This document shows, piece after piece, positions 37,739 through 46,992 of a stretch of 55,943 nt of DNA. Origin of the DNA: an uncultured Candidatus Saccharibacteria bacterium (GTDB lineage Bacteria > Patescibacteriota > Dojkabacteria > SC72); the NCBI GenBank assembly GCA_964536135.1, contig CAZHVM010000003.1, forward strand, positions 1-55,943, written 5' to 3'. Under the pieces are notes generated by a model, which worked only from the letters and a program-made list of their open reading frames with translations, ran no database searches and had not been told where the DNA came from. How positions within the stretch are numbered: the stretch's first letter is position 1; every line of letters starts with the position of its first letter. Both the position numbers and the translations under genes were made by a program.

Positions 37739-37782
37739 TTGACTGTATATTCAAACGAGCATATAATCAAAATTATGAGGGA

Positions 37783-37825
37783 GGGAAGGTTGTAGATCTG
37801 TACTACAAGCAACACTCCCTTTTTT
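37783..37825 (+). terminator. intrinsic terminator between the convergent Nudix and NYN genes (possibly bidirectional)
   Basis: GGGA...TTGTAG-atctgta-CTACAA...TCCC forms an interrupted stem-loop, followed by a run of six T (37820-37825). Confidence 0.55.
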
Positions 37826-37826
37826 G

Positions 37827-38357
37827 TTACTTACTTCCGACCTTACCCCTCGGAGGATTCATATATATCATATATTTCTTAAATGGTATAAGAAGGCTAG
37901 AATACAATTTCTGGTTAGGTATAAGAATATGGTCTAGCTTATTTATCTTATCTAGATATTCTACTAAACATTTGTAATCCCCGTCCCCTGCAACAATGAT
38001 AGCTTTGTCATAATTTGGAAGCTCTATCATTGTATGCAATACAAGCTCAGTATCTACATTTCCTTTTACACTTTTCTTACCTTCTGGATCTGTATGTGCA
38101 ATTGTTGGTTTGAATATTAAGGTATATCCAGAATTCTTTAATTCCTCGTACATCTTCTCATTATCTTTTACATATCCCATAAAAAGGAAAAACTTTTCAA
38201 CATGATATTTATCTTCTAAATATATCTTGAGTTTCTTAAAATCTATTCTCCATCCCTTGTACTTACGAGTTGGAAGATCTGTAAGAAGACCTTGATAGAG
38301 ATTATTACTATCTATGAATGCATAGATTACTTCTTTTTTGTTTTGTTCTTGATTCAT
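37827..38357 (-). CDS. NYN-domain (LabA/DUF88-like) putative RNase
   Basis: Motifs YAFIDSNNLY and IIVAGDGDYKCLVEYL. The ATG at 38357 (MNQEQNKKEV) is preferred; the track start at 38405 is also possible. Confidence 0.75.
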   Translation of the reverse strand: MNQEQNKKEVIYAFIDSNNLYQGLLTDLPTRKYKGWRIDFKKLKIYLEDKYHVEKFFLFMGYVKDNEKMYEELKNSGYTLIFKPTIAHTDPEGKKSVKGNVDTELVLHTMIELPNYDKAIIVAGDGDYKCLVEYLDKINKLDHILIPNQKLYSSLLIPFKKYMIYMNPPRGKVGSK

Positions 38358-38454
38358 AATGAATGTTAACCTTTTTAAGACGTAGTTACAATCTGTTGCT
38401 TTCAAATAATAAACTTGCTAATCTATTAATATTAAAATATCAAGATAAAAATGG

Positions 38455-39291
38455 ATGCCTAATAAAATATCTTCGGAGATTGATTCGGATTCTCAACAAA
38501 ATCTAAACCAAGATGTTCGTGCGAATATACCTGTATCTGATGTAACCTCAACTCAATCACAAAAAGTAAAATTTAATCCTCTTCTTCCTGTTGTAATACT
38601 TCTCTTTATAATAATCTTGGGAGGTTCTTATTATGTGTATCAAAAGTTCATAAAGATAGAAGCAAAACAAGAAATGACAAATGAAGATTCTAATGCACAA
38701 GATACCACGGATGATTCTGAGGTAATAAAAAATGAGGAAGAAGATAAGGAGATTTCTTATGTAAAGAAGACTTTTACATTAACAACAAAGTCTACGGAAG
38801 TTGTGGCAGGAGAAACCATAAACAATGAAATGGAAATTCCTTCTAATTGGACTTATTCTACAGAAGTATTACCATCAGGGACAGTAATATCAGACTGTAG
38901 TAAACATATAATTACAAGTGATGATTCCAAAATGATCATATCTATAACTCCAAAATGCTCAAGTTGGAAGTCATCGATTATTTCTAAACCAAACAATAAT
39001 GTTATTGGAACGTATACTGCTCTTGGTAATGATGGTGTACATACAATTTCTGTTGTTAGAATTGGTATTGATTCTACTAATTATAGCTATATCCAAGGAT
39101 CATCGATTAGCGGATCTGAAGCTGAATATAACAATACTTTTTTGGTTGAAAAACATGGAAATTTAGCGAGTGATGGAGATCCAGTATTTTGGGCTGCTGA
39201 TATCAATACTAAATATATAGGAGAGTCAGTAAATGCAAAAACATATCTTGATATCTCAGATAAAATAGTGCTGTCATTGCAAATTAAATAG
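38455..39291 (+). CDS. hypothetical membrane-anchored protein
   Basis: A single TM helix (LLPVVILLFIIILGGSYYVY) after a polar N-terminus, then a Ser/Thr-rich ectodomain. No recognised motif. Confidence 0.5.
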   Translation: MPNKISSEIDSDSQQNLNQDVRANIPVSDVTSTQSQKVKFNPLLPVVILLFIIILGGSYYVYQKFIKIEAKQEMTNEDSNAQDTTDDSEVIKNEEEDKEISYVKKTFTLTTKSTEVVAGETINNEMEIPSNWTYSTEVLPSGTVISDCSKHIITSDDSKMIISITPKCSSWKSSIISKPNNNVIGTYTALGNDGVHTISVVRIGIDSTNYSYIQGSSISGSEAEYNNTFLVEKHGNLASDGDPVFWAADINTKYIGESVNAKTYLDISDKIVLSLQIK

Positions 39292-40915
39292 ATTTAATCA
39301 TATACAAAAGTACTTTTGTGTAACCTAGCTTTCTGTAGTACTCTCTAGTACCAATTGCAGAGATTACAGATATATTTTTAAATCTATTCTCTTTAGATAT
39401 CTCTTCTGCCTTCTCTATTAATTTTTTCCCAAGACCTAGATGCTGTGATTGTCCAGTACTATCTTCTGTTAAACTCATAACCTTACCATATACATGTACT
39501 TCACGAATGATAGAAGAGTACCTTAATTCTTTAATGTAATTAAATCTTTTGTAAATTAGATTTGGTAAACACAATCTAAGAAAGCCACATATTTTGTCTG
39601 TCTTCTTAGTTCTGAAAGATATGAACACTTCTTTACCAATTGAGGATTTGTAGTTAATTATTTCCATTTCCAAATCCTTCATTTTTATATTTGAATCCTG
39701 TATCTCTCTACTTCGTATCTCTTGCAATTTAAGCCCTCTCTCATCAATCTCTTTTTCTGCAATCTGTCTTAAATTAGTCTTTTTATTTCCTGCAACAATC
39801 TCTTCCGAAGGAATATCTCGGATAATTCTAGAAAGCCTACAATATCTTGGAGTCGTAGGCATAACAGAGACCAAAACTTCGAGTAATTCTTCCTCTGTGT
39901 ATGGTTTGTACATTTTTTTCTTATAGAGGTTGTTCAGATATGTGTTTGGAACAATGGAGGTAGGATATATTTTTAATTCATCAGGAGAGAAGCCTTTTCT
40001 CCAAAGTTTTTTGTAATCTGCAATATCTGAGTTAACAGTTGCTTTGTAAAGGCTTGGCATCCAATGCCCATGTATTTTAAACCCTCCAAGTCTTAATAAT
40101 TTTATTGCTTTTCTAACATCTTTTACTTTTCTTCCAATATTGTTTGCTTGTAATATTCTATTGCTCAAGGATTGGATACCGATTTGTATTTTTGTAGCTC
40201 CTAGTTTTCTCAAATGTATTACCTCTTCTTTGGTTATTAAGTCTGGCCTTGTCTCAAGAACTAATCCTACATTTCTACAGTATGCAGTCTCGTTTACTAG
40301 ATGTTCTTTCTCTAGATTAAAGAAAGATGCCTCGGATTCGTAATCTTTTTTAGGTTGTATGTACTCTGTATTATTGGGAGAAATATCGTTAAGGGCTTTG
40401 TAACACTGTGTAACAAACCAAAGTTGGTACTCTTTGGGATATGCACTCCAACTTCCTCCAAGAACAAGAAGTTCTACCTTTTCAATATTATGCCCAATAT
40501 TCTTAAGTGCAATTAGTCTATTGTAAACTTGAGCGTATGGGTCAAAATGATTTGTAAGAGCTCTTTGTGCACCTGGCTCTGAAGATATGTAGCTCTTGGG
40601 CATATTTGGATCATTGGGACAGAATATACATCTACCAGGGCAAGGAAATGGTTTGGTTAGTACAGTTACTGTAGCAACTCCAGAGTTTGTCCTTGTTGGT
40701 TTTAATCTAATTCTCTCTTCAATTGTTTTGTTTTGCAAATCTAATTCTTTGAGTGCATATACCAATTCATCATGACGAAACATTTTCTTCCCATCCTTGA
40801 GATATTTCCTAAGTATCTTGTTTAGAGAATCTTTCTTCCAGATTTCCTCCTCTCTTATCTTTTTGAAAATTTCTTTTAGTTCCGTTTTGTATTTTTCTGG
40901 TTTAAAGTATTCCAT
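39284..40915 (-). CDS. Elp3-family radical-SAM/GNAT protein (tRNA U34 carboxymethylation-type enzyme homologue)
   Basis: A radical SAM CxxxCxxC (PFPCPGRCIFCPN), Elp3-like spacing, and a C-terminal GNAT motif A (QHLGLGKKLIEKAEEI). At 543 aa the length matches Elp3. Confidence 0.85.
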   Translation of the reverse strand: MEYFKPEKYKTELKEIFKKIREEEIWKKDSLNKILRKYLKDGKKMFRHDELVYALKELDLQNKTIEERIRLKPTRTNSGVATVTVLTKPFPCPGRCIFCPNDPNMPKSYISSEPGAQRALTNHFDPYAQVYNRLIALKNIGHNIEKVELLVLGGSWSAYPKEYQLWFVTQCYKALNDISPNNTEYIQPKKDYESEASFFNLEKEHLVNETAYCRNVGLVLETRPDLITKEEVIHLRKLGATKIQIGIQSLSNRILQANNIGRKVKDVRKAIKLLRLGGFKIHGHWMPSLYKATVNSDIADYKKLWRKGFSPDELKIYPTSIVPNTYLNNLYKKKMYKPYTEEELLEVLVSVMPTTPRYCRLSRIIRDIPSEEIVAGNKKTNLRQIAEKEIDERGLKLQEIRSREIQDSNIKMKDLEMEIINYKSSIGKEVFISFRTKKTDKICGFLRLCLPNLIYKRFNYIKELRYSSIIREVHVYGKVMSLTEDSTGQSQHLGLGKKLIEKAEEISKENRFKNISVISAIGTREYYRKLGYTKVLLYMIKSI

Positions 40916-40962
40916 TATTTTGTTATCCTTGTATTATCTAATATTTCTAACATCATAGCTAT

Positions 40963-41571
40963 ATGAAAAGACCAACTATTGCAGAGGAAAGGACTTTAAT
41001 CTTAATGAAACCAGATGTACTACAAAGACAGATTGTGGGAGAGATACTTTCAAGGTTTGAAAGGAAAGGATTTAAGATTGTTGCAGTTAAGATGTTAAAC
41101 GCAACCAAAACACAGGTAGGAGAGCATTACGCAGCAGATGAGCAGTATCTAATTGAGACAGGAGAGAAAGCTAAAAAAGGAGCTGAAATGAGAGGACAGG
41201 ATGTTTCCAATTGGAATTCACTAGAATGGGGGAAAATAATTAGAGAGAGGAATATTGCATATCTTACATGTGGTCCAATCTTGGCTGTAGTTTTAGAAGG
41301 ACCAAGTGTAATCTCTAGTGTTCGTAAAGTTCTTGGTAGCACGAGTCCTGCAGATGGGGATGTCGGTACTATTAGAGCAGATTACTCTTTTGACTCATAT
41401 GCTCTTGCAGATGTTGTTGCAAGATCAACTAGAACCATGCTTCATGCGTCAGATTCAGTAGAGAATGCACAAAGGGAAATAAAGATATGGTTTAAGGAAA
41501 ATGAAATTTGTAATAACTACGAAACAGTAGCAGAGAAAATCTTTTATGATACAGGCTGGGACAATGTCTAG
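40963..41571 (+). CDS. ndk: nucleoside diphosphate kinase, long form with an internal insertion
   Basis: Motifs ERTLILMKPD, GTIRADY and a catalytic His region (MLHASDSVENAQREI). It is 202 aa. Confidence 0.85.
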   Translation: MKRPTIAEERTLILMKPDVLQRQIVGEILSRFERKGFKIVAVKMLNATKTQVGEHYAADEQYLIETGEKAKKGAEMRGQDVSNWNSLEWGKIIRERNIAYLTCGPILAVVLEGPSVISSVRKVLGSTSPADGDVGTIRADYSFDSYALADVVARSTRTMLHASDSVENAQREIKIWFKENEICNNYETVAEKIFYDTGWDNV

Positions 41572-41572
41572 T

Positions 41573-42220
41573 TTACATCCCGAGTATCTCTTCAATATCT
41601 TTCTTAGATTTTTTAGAAAAACCGGAAGAATCTTCAATACTGTTTTCAAGTAATATTCCTCCATTCTTTAGGAATCCTTTCATCTTTTCAAAATCTTTTT
41701 GTAATACCTCTCTTAGGTTGGGATTGTAGAGTGCAGCAGCTGGATGGTACATAGGGAGAATTGGAATACCGCTTGGATGAGCGTAGGCATTGCCATGTGC
41801 TACTGTAATTGCAGTGTCTGGAACAAATCTCGCTAATGCATGTCTACCAAGAGGAACTATGACCTTTGGTTGGATAAATATTAATTCGGCATTGAGCCAT
41901 ATTCTACAACTGTTTTTTTCTTCATCTGTTGGATCTCTGTTTTCAGGAGGTCTGTATTTAACTGTATTGGAAACATATACATCGTCTCGTGTAAAACCAA
42001 TTCCTTTGAGAAGCTGATCTAGGAATTTTCCTGCTGCTCCTACAAATGGTTTTCCCTGCAGATCTTCATTCTTTCCAGGTGCCTCTCCAATGAATACAAT
42101 CCCAGAAGATGGAAGGATTATTTCGTATACAGGTTGGGTAGCAATATCTTTTAACTTACAGTTGTTGTTTACTGCGTAGTATTCATGCAATTCTTTTAAA
42201 GAAGAAAAATCTTTTTTCAT
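41573..42220 (-). CDS. family 4 uracil-DNA glycosylase
   Basis: Motifs GEAPGKNEDLQGKPFVGAAGKFLDQLL and MYHPAAALYNP. Confidence 0.88.
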   Translation of the reverse strand: MKKDFSSLKELHEYYAVNNNCKLKDIATQPVYEIILPSSGIVFIGEAPGKNEDLQGKPFVGAAGKFLDQLLKGIGFTRDDVYVSNTVKYRPPENRDPTDEEKNSCRIWLNAELIFIQPKVIVPLGRHALARFVPDTAITVAHGNAYAHPSGIPILPMYHPAAALYNPNLREVLQKDFEKMKGFLKNGGILLENSIEDSSGFSKKSKKDIEEILGM

Positions 42221-42237
42221 ATATACATTATACCTGA

Positions 42238-43983
42238 TTAATTGACTCCTGAGAGAAGTTTTTTAAAACTTTTCATATCTCCATATGCATGCACTCGTGC
42301 AAGGGAAAGTCTTTTACTAAGATAATGGTCTATGGATCTTCCACAACTTCCCCCAATTAGGTATCCTGCACCTGCTACTCTTGTGAAGACTTTACGATCT
42401 GCTACACACCCAGGATATGCTATCCCATATACAGCTTTGCCAGTTCTTGTTACTAGGATACTTTTGCTAGAATATATCTCATATGTTAACTGATCCAAAT
42501 CTTTTAGATTAACAAGGTTAGGATGTGTTGCAGAGTGTGAAGCAATCTCCATGCCTGCCTTTACCATCTCTCTTAACTGAGGTGTCTTAATACTACTTTT
42601 GTTGGAGACGATATAGTATGTCGCTGTTAAGCCGTATTTTTTTAATATTGGAAATGCATATTTATATTGTCCATATGTTCCATCGTCGAATGTAATCATG
42701 ACTGTTTTCTGAGATGGATTTCCACCTTTTTTAAGTAAATTATATAGTTCAAGTGAATCTACTGTTTTGTAATTATTTTTTACTAAGTATGCCATCTGTT
42801 CTTCAAATTGCTCTGGAGTAACATATAAGCCTGCAACGAATTTAGAAGCACCTTTAGGAGGATATCCTATTTGGTGGTACATAAATATTGGAACTCTGGT
42901 TGAGCCTTTTGTTTGAGCTACAGGCTTAACATCGTATGGTTCATTGAAATTCTTATCGTTTATGACGAAGGACTCTGAGAATGTATATATTGGTGCTAAA
43001 TATGTTTTATCAGAAACTGTTCGAATTAAAAGATTGAGGGGTTGTTGTGTATCTAAGATATTTAGTCTTGGACTCGTAAGCATATCTTCCAATGGAATGT
43101 TTGTACTATTTGAATCTTTTAATCCCTGAGTATATTTCTTGAGTGTATTTATTTTGTTAAGAATGTCTTTGTTGTTTAATTTCGCTTGGGTATATACTTC
43201 TGTAAGGAAGGTAAGCATGTAGTCAATCTTAGAAAGCTGTAATTTGTCTGTATCAAAATATGTGACTCCTGTATAGGTATTATTAAAAGAAGAAAAAGTC
43301 TTTGAATCTTCCATTTTCTTTGTAGAAATATATTGATTGTATGTTTTGTCAAGAAATGTAGTGTAGCTATCATCTTCTACAATTTCTTTTGAGGATAGAA
43401 GCCATTTAGAAAGAATTGAGAAATCTGAAATACCAGAAATATTCTCCACAGTAGTATCGTTAAAAAATACTAAATCATTTATGAATATATTAGAAAGTTC
43501 TTTTGAAACAGTAGGTGTTGTGTTTAAAGATTTTATTTGTTTAGCAATTTCTTCAAATTGTGTAAGAAAATATATGTCTATGTATTGTTGAGGGATTAGA
43601 ATATTTAAATTGTTGTTGTATATGTCTTTATACAGTTCGGTTATTTTTGTTTTTTCTGTTTTGTGCGTAGTTGTTGAGTATCTCAGGAGTTGAGTTTTTT
43701 CATGTTGGGTTAGATCTCCATATTTCTTTGTAAAAGTAGAATATTCTTTTGGAAGTATATTTAAAGACTGAAGTACTGGCTCTTTTGTTATTTCTGGTTG
43801 TTGGTATATCAATTTAGAAGTATCTAAGGTAAAAGATATTAGATGTATGTTTGATACTGTGTCTTGTATTGGAGATTTAAGGAAGTAAGCTATGGCGAAG
43901 GTAAGCTCAATGCCAAGAAGGAACGCAATAGATATCAAAAGAATATCCAAAAGGCTTGGTTTAGCTTTTTTCTTCTTGGGCAT
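42238..43983 (-). CDS. membrane-anchored polysaccharide deacetylase (NodB homology domain at the C-terminus)
   Basis: An N-terminal TM helix and C-terminal VMITFDDGTYGQY...IASHSATHPNL. About 380 residues of unassigned N-terminal ectodomain. Confidence 0.8.
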   Translation of the reverse strand: MPKKKKAKPSLLDILLISIAFLLGIELTFAIAYFLKSPIQDTVSNIHLISFTLDTSKLIYQQPEITKEPVLQSLNILPKEYSTFTKKYGDLTQHEKTQLLRYSTTTHKTEKTKITELYKDIYNNNLNILIPQQYIDIYFLTQFEEIAKQIKSLNTTPTVSKELSNIFINDLVFFNDTTVENISGISDFSILSKWLLSSKEIVEDDSYTTFLDKTYNQYISTKKMEDSKTFSSFNNTYTGVTYFDTDKLQLSKIDYMLTFLTEVYTQAKLNNKDILNKINTLKKYTQGLKDSNSTNIPLEDMLTSPRLNILDTQQPLNLLIRTVSDKTYLAPIYTFSESFVINDKNFNEPYDVKPVAQTKGSTRVPIFMYHQIGYPPKGASKFVAGLYVTPEQFEEQMAYLVKNNYKTVDSLELYNLLKKGGNPSQKTVMITFDDGTYGQYKYAFPILKKYGLTATYYIVSNKSSIKTPQLREMVKAGMEIASHSATHPNLVNLKDLDQLTYEIYSSKSILVTRTGKAVYGIAYPGCVADRKVFTRVAGAGYLIGGSCGRSIDHYLSKRLSLARVHAYGDMKSFKKLLSGVN

Positions 43984-43997
43984 ATTTAGATAATATA

Positions 43998-44912
43998 CTA
44001 AAAATACCTGCTTGTATCTATATCAAGCTCTTTTGTCTGTGATTGAAATACATCAATTGCTTGCTCTTTTCCTAAAGTGTTAGCAGTCCAGTCTCCACCT
44101 ATACATATCTTGTTATATTTTTCTCCATAAAAAGATTTAAGAGTATCTTCATCTTCTTTGGATATATTCCAAGAAGGGTAGAAACAATCGTACTCGTTTA
44201 AAGGACTTGCATCTAATAGTTCATGCATACAGAAAAATTCACATTTAAGATTGTTCTTTTTACATATATCTGCAATCCTTTTTGATCCTTGATATGTTGA
44301 ATATACAGAGAAGAGTACAACCTTTTCTAAATTTGAGAATTTAGCTTTTAGTTCTTCAATGGAGGCTATTATGTTTCTTCCTCCTGCGATAGAGTCATAT
44401 ATTATTGCTAATTTAATATCTTCACGGATCTCTTTTGACTTGTTTTCTGGGATATCTATTTTGTAACTGCATACTCTTCCAGAGATGCCTTTTAATCCCT
44501 TTTCGTCTTCGACATGATGTACATCCATAACAGCATACAATCTAGATTCAAAACCGCTTCCCAGATATGTATTTAAAAATGGAGATTGAGATAAAGGCTC
44601 ACGAATAAGCATAGCACTTATTGCATTTTTCTCAGGGATATATTTGTGGTTAATTGCATCTTTGAATTCTTTTGTAGAAGCAATAGTATATGTAGCGATA
44701 CTAAGATCTTTTGCTCTTGCCATGCCAAGATACACTCGTGCGGGCTTTTTATCTTTACTTATTAACAAGGATCTTGTTTGAGGAGATTGTAATACTGTTA
44801 TGGGAATATCTTTACCTAACACATGGGTCTGGTATGTTCTGTAGTGAATTGTGGAGCTAGTATAGGGGCTTTCTGTAGAACCAGAAGAAGAAGGAGTCCA
44901 AGTAATTTTCAT
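43998..44912 (-). CDS. hypothetical protein with uracil-phosphoribosyltransferase-like (PRTase fold) features
   Basis: By-eye alignment to UPRTase: AIIYDSIAGGRNIIASIEELK against LIVDPMLATGGS..AI..LK, and ICIGGDWTAN against PGLGDAGD. The canonical PRPP-loop residues are not conserved. Confidence 0.4.
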   Translation of the reverse strand: MKITWTPSSSGSTESPYTSSTIHYRTYQTHVLGKDIPITVLQSPQTRSLLISKDKKPARVYLGMARAKDLSIATYTIASTKEFKDAINHKYIPEKNAISAMLIREPLSQSPFLNTYLGSGFESRLYAVMDVHHVEDEKGLKGISGRVCSYKIDIPENKSKEIREDIKLAIIYDSIAGGRNIIASIEELKAKFSNLEKVVLFSVYSTYQGSKRIADICKKNNLKCEFFCMHELLDASPLNEYDCFYPSWNISKEDEDTLKSFYGEKYNKICIGGDWTANTLGKEQAIDVFQSQTKELDIDTSRYF

Positions 44913-44937
44913 ATATTTAAGATAAATATTATGTATA

Positions 44938-44975
44938 TGCTACTTGGAATTCTATTGTAAAGTAGAGAAGTAGCA
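44938..44975 (-). repeat. 8-bp inverted repeat between the S8 protease stop and the next gene start (weak terminator or attenuator candidate)
   Basis: TGCTACTT (44938-44945) and AAGTAGCA (44968-44975). No clear U-run follows. Confidence 0.25.
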
Positions 44976-44994
44976 AAGTCAAATATTTACCTAA

Positions 44995-46731
44995 TTATTT
45001 ACCTAAGAGGAATTGCCTAAAGTTGTAGAATGTTGATATACCAAGGACATTACTATTTGTTTGTCTTTTTCCACTTGTTTTTAATTTCGTTAAATCTAGC
45101 ACAATACTATCTGTAGATTTCCTCCCATTTGAGAAATATGCTGTAACCCTTACCCAATTCTGAGAGTGATCTAATTGCTCCTTTTTTATGACATATTCAT
45201 CTGTTTGAGATGTGGTCTCGAAAAGTATCTCATTACTGAGAGAGAGAGTAATTTTTTGTAGTGTACTATTTTCTGAGAGTGGTTCAAGAGAAAATTTAAT
45301 TGTAATATCTTCCTCTGTTGTTGGAAGATATCTGTTGGAATTATTGGTGATTGGTTCTGTTATTGATATGTTTTGTATTACTACTATGTCTGTAGAGGAA
45401 GGAGTTGTTGTTGGCTCTGTCGTTGGAGTTGTCGGTTCTGTAGTTACTGTTGTTGGGCTAATAGATGCTATTGCTGCTACAAGATCTACTAAACCATATC
45501 CGAATATTGAATCTTGTCCAACGGCTCCTAAGTCAACTGCGGTAGTATGTAAAATATCTTTTACTTTGGTAGTTGTACAGTCGCTACAGAAAGACATGAC
45601 TACTGCAGCAGAAGCAGCTACATGGGGAGTAGACATACTTGTACCACTCATATATTTGTAGAGATTCCCGACATATGTTGAGTAGTTGTATACCCCAGGT
45701 GCAGCAAGCTCTCCTCCAACATTACTGAAACTTGCTAACTTATTGTAGCTATCTGTGGCTACGACACAAACGACTGAGGCATATGCTGCAGGATAGGAGC
45801 ATGGTTGTCCACCATCGTTTCCAGCAGCTGCTGCTATGAATACACCTTTTCTAACTGCATAGTCAACTGCAGCTTTAAGTGTTAGAGAATCTGTTGGTGC
45901 TCCAAGACTTAGATTTATTACCCTTGCACCGTTATCTGCTGCATAATAGATACCTTTTGCAACATCCGAAAGATATCCATATCCTTGATTATTTAATACC
46001 TTAACGGGCATTATATCTGCTTTATTTGCCCCTCCAATAACACCTAGACCATTTTGCACACTTGCAATTATTCCTGCTACGTGTGTACCGTGACCGTTAT
46101 CATCCATTGGTGAACTATCGTTATTTACGAAATCATATCCTGTGGTAATGTTAGCTGAGAGATCTGTGTGTAGTAAGTCTACACCAGTATCTATTACTGC
46201 AACTTTTATTCCATCTCCTGTACTTTTATCCCAAACCTTATCTGCCCCAATTCTTGTAATTCCCCAGTCTACTTTGTCTGTAGACATTTTTACTGGGATA
46301 TCTGTCTCTACGGTAGCATTTAGATCTTCTTCAAGGGTGGGGATATCACTTTCTTCGCTTATATTTATTACATACACACCATTATTAGGAGTGTCAGATG
46401 TAAATTCAACAGAATATTCTTCCTCTATCTCCGCAATCTGTGCTTTAGTAAGAGTCTTGTCAACATTCAATACCTGTCTGTCAGTATCTTTTTCAATAAT
46501 TCCTTGCTTAGATGGAGGAGTTGTATCGTTTTGAATTTCTTCTACTGGAGGATTTTGTTCGAGTGGCTCTTTGTCTTCAGAGATATATAAGAGGTTCGCA
46601 TTATCTGTTTCACTGTTCTGCTGTGGTTGAGAGTAGAGGAATATCCCAAAGGTTATTAAGAGGGCAAGGAGTATTGAGGAGAGAAGGATCAGAGATATTC
46701 CAAGGAGAGTGAATTTTGTATTGAATTTCAT
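44995..46731 (-). CDS. subtilisin-like (S8) serine protease with a signal anchor, Thr/Pro linker and C-terminal domain
   Basis: Catalytic triad motifs VAVIDTGVD, HGTHVAGII and SGTSMSTPHVAAS. The linker is PTTVTTEPTTPTTEPTTTPSST. Confidence 0.92.
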   Translation of the reverse strand: MKFNTKFTLLGISLILLSSILLALLITFGIFLYSQPQQNSETDNANLLYISEDKEPLEQNPPVEEIQNDTTPPSKQGIIEKDTDRQVLNVDKTLTKAQIAEIEEEYSVEFTSDTPNNGVYVINISEESDIPTLEEDLNATVETDIPVKMSTDKVDWGITRIGADKVWDKSTGDGIKVAVIDTGVDLLHTDLSANITTGYDFVNNDSSPMDDNGHGTHVAGIIASVQNGLGVIGGANKADIMPVKVLNNQGYGYLSDVAKGIYYAADNGARVINLSLGAPTDSLTLKAAVDYAVRKGVFIAAAAGNDGGQPCSYPAAYASVVCVVATDSYNKLASFSNVGGELAAPGVYNYSTYVGNLYKYMSGTSMSTPHVAASAAVVMSFCSDCTTTKVKDILHTTAVDLGAVGQDSIFGYGLVDLVAAIASISPTTVTTEPTTPTTEPTTTPSSTDIVVIQNISITEPITNNSNRYLPTTEEDITIKFSLEPLSENSTLQKITLSLSNEILFETTSQTDEYVIKKEQLDHSQNWVRVTAYFSNGRKSTDSIVLDLTKLKTSGKRQTNSNVLGISTFYNFRQFLLGK

Positions 46732-46810
46732 ATTTAAAATGCATCAATTTAAAAGAGTGTATTTCTTAGTACATATTAGATAATTTGGAGAGAAAAGGAA
46801 AGGGTTATAG

Positions 46811-46963
46811 TTAAATCAATATCTCAAATTTACAACCTTTTCCAACATCACTCATGCATTTTATTTTACCACCATGTTTTTCGATAATTTCTTTTGTTAT
46901 TGCTAATCCTAGTCCACTACCACCAGATTTTTTAGATCTGGATTTATCTACTCTATAGAATCT
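46811..46963 (-). pseudogene. relic of a histidine kinase gene: only the last ~50 codons of the HATPase_c domain
   Basis: The minus strand reads [50 protein letters not shown] then stop (G2 box GGSGLGLAI). In-frame TAG and TAA lie immediately upstream, and no HisKA or sensor part is present. Confidence 0.75.
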
Positions 46964-46992
46964 TTACTAGGATTGTTTTATCCTAGTAAAGA
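46961..46992. repeat. perfect 13-bp inverted repeat (hairpin) at the junction of the kinase relic and the small ORF
   Basis: TCTTTACTAGGAT (46961-46973), 6-nt loop TGTTTT, ATCCTAGTAAAGA (46980-46992). Confidence 0.85.

Noticed and set aside
36984-40915. Integrated element at tRNA-Lys.
   Set aside because: I found no integrase and no direct repeat of the tRNA 3' end downstream. The flanking genes (Elp3, ndk, UDG) look like core housekeeping. Kept only as a low-interest note on the Nudix/NYN pair.
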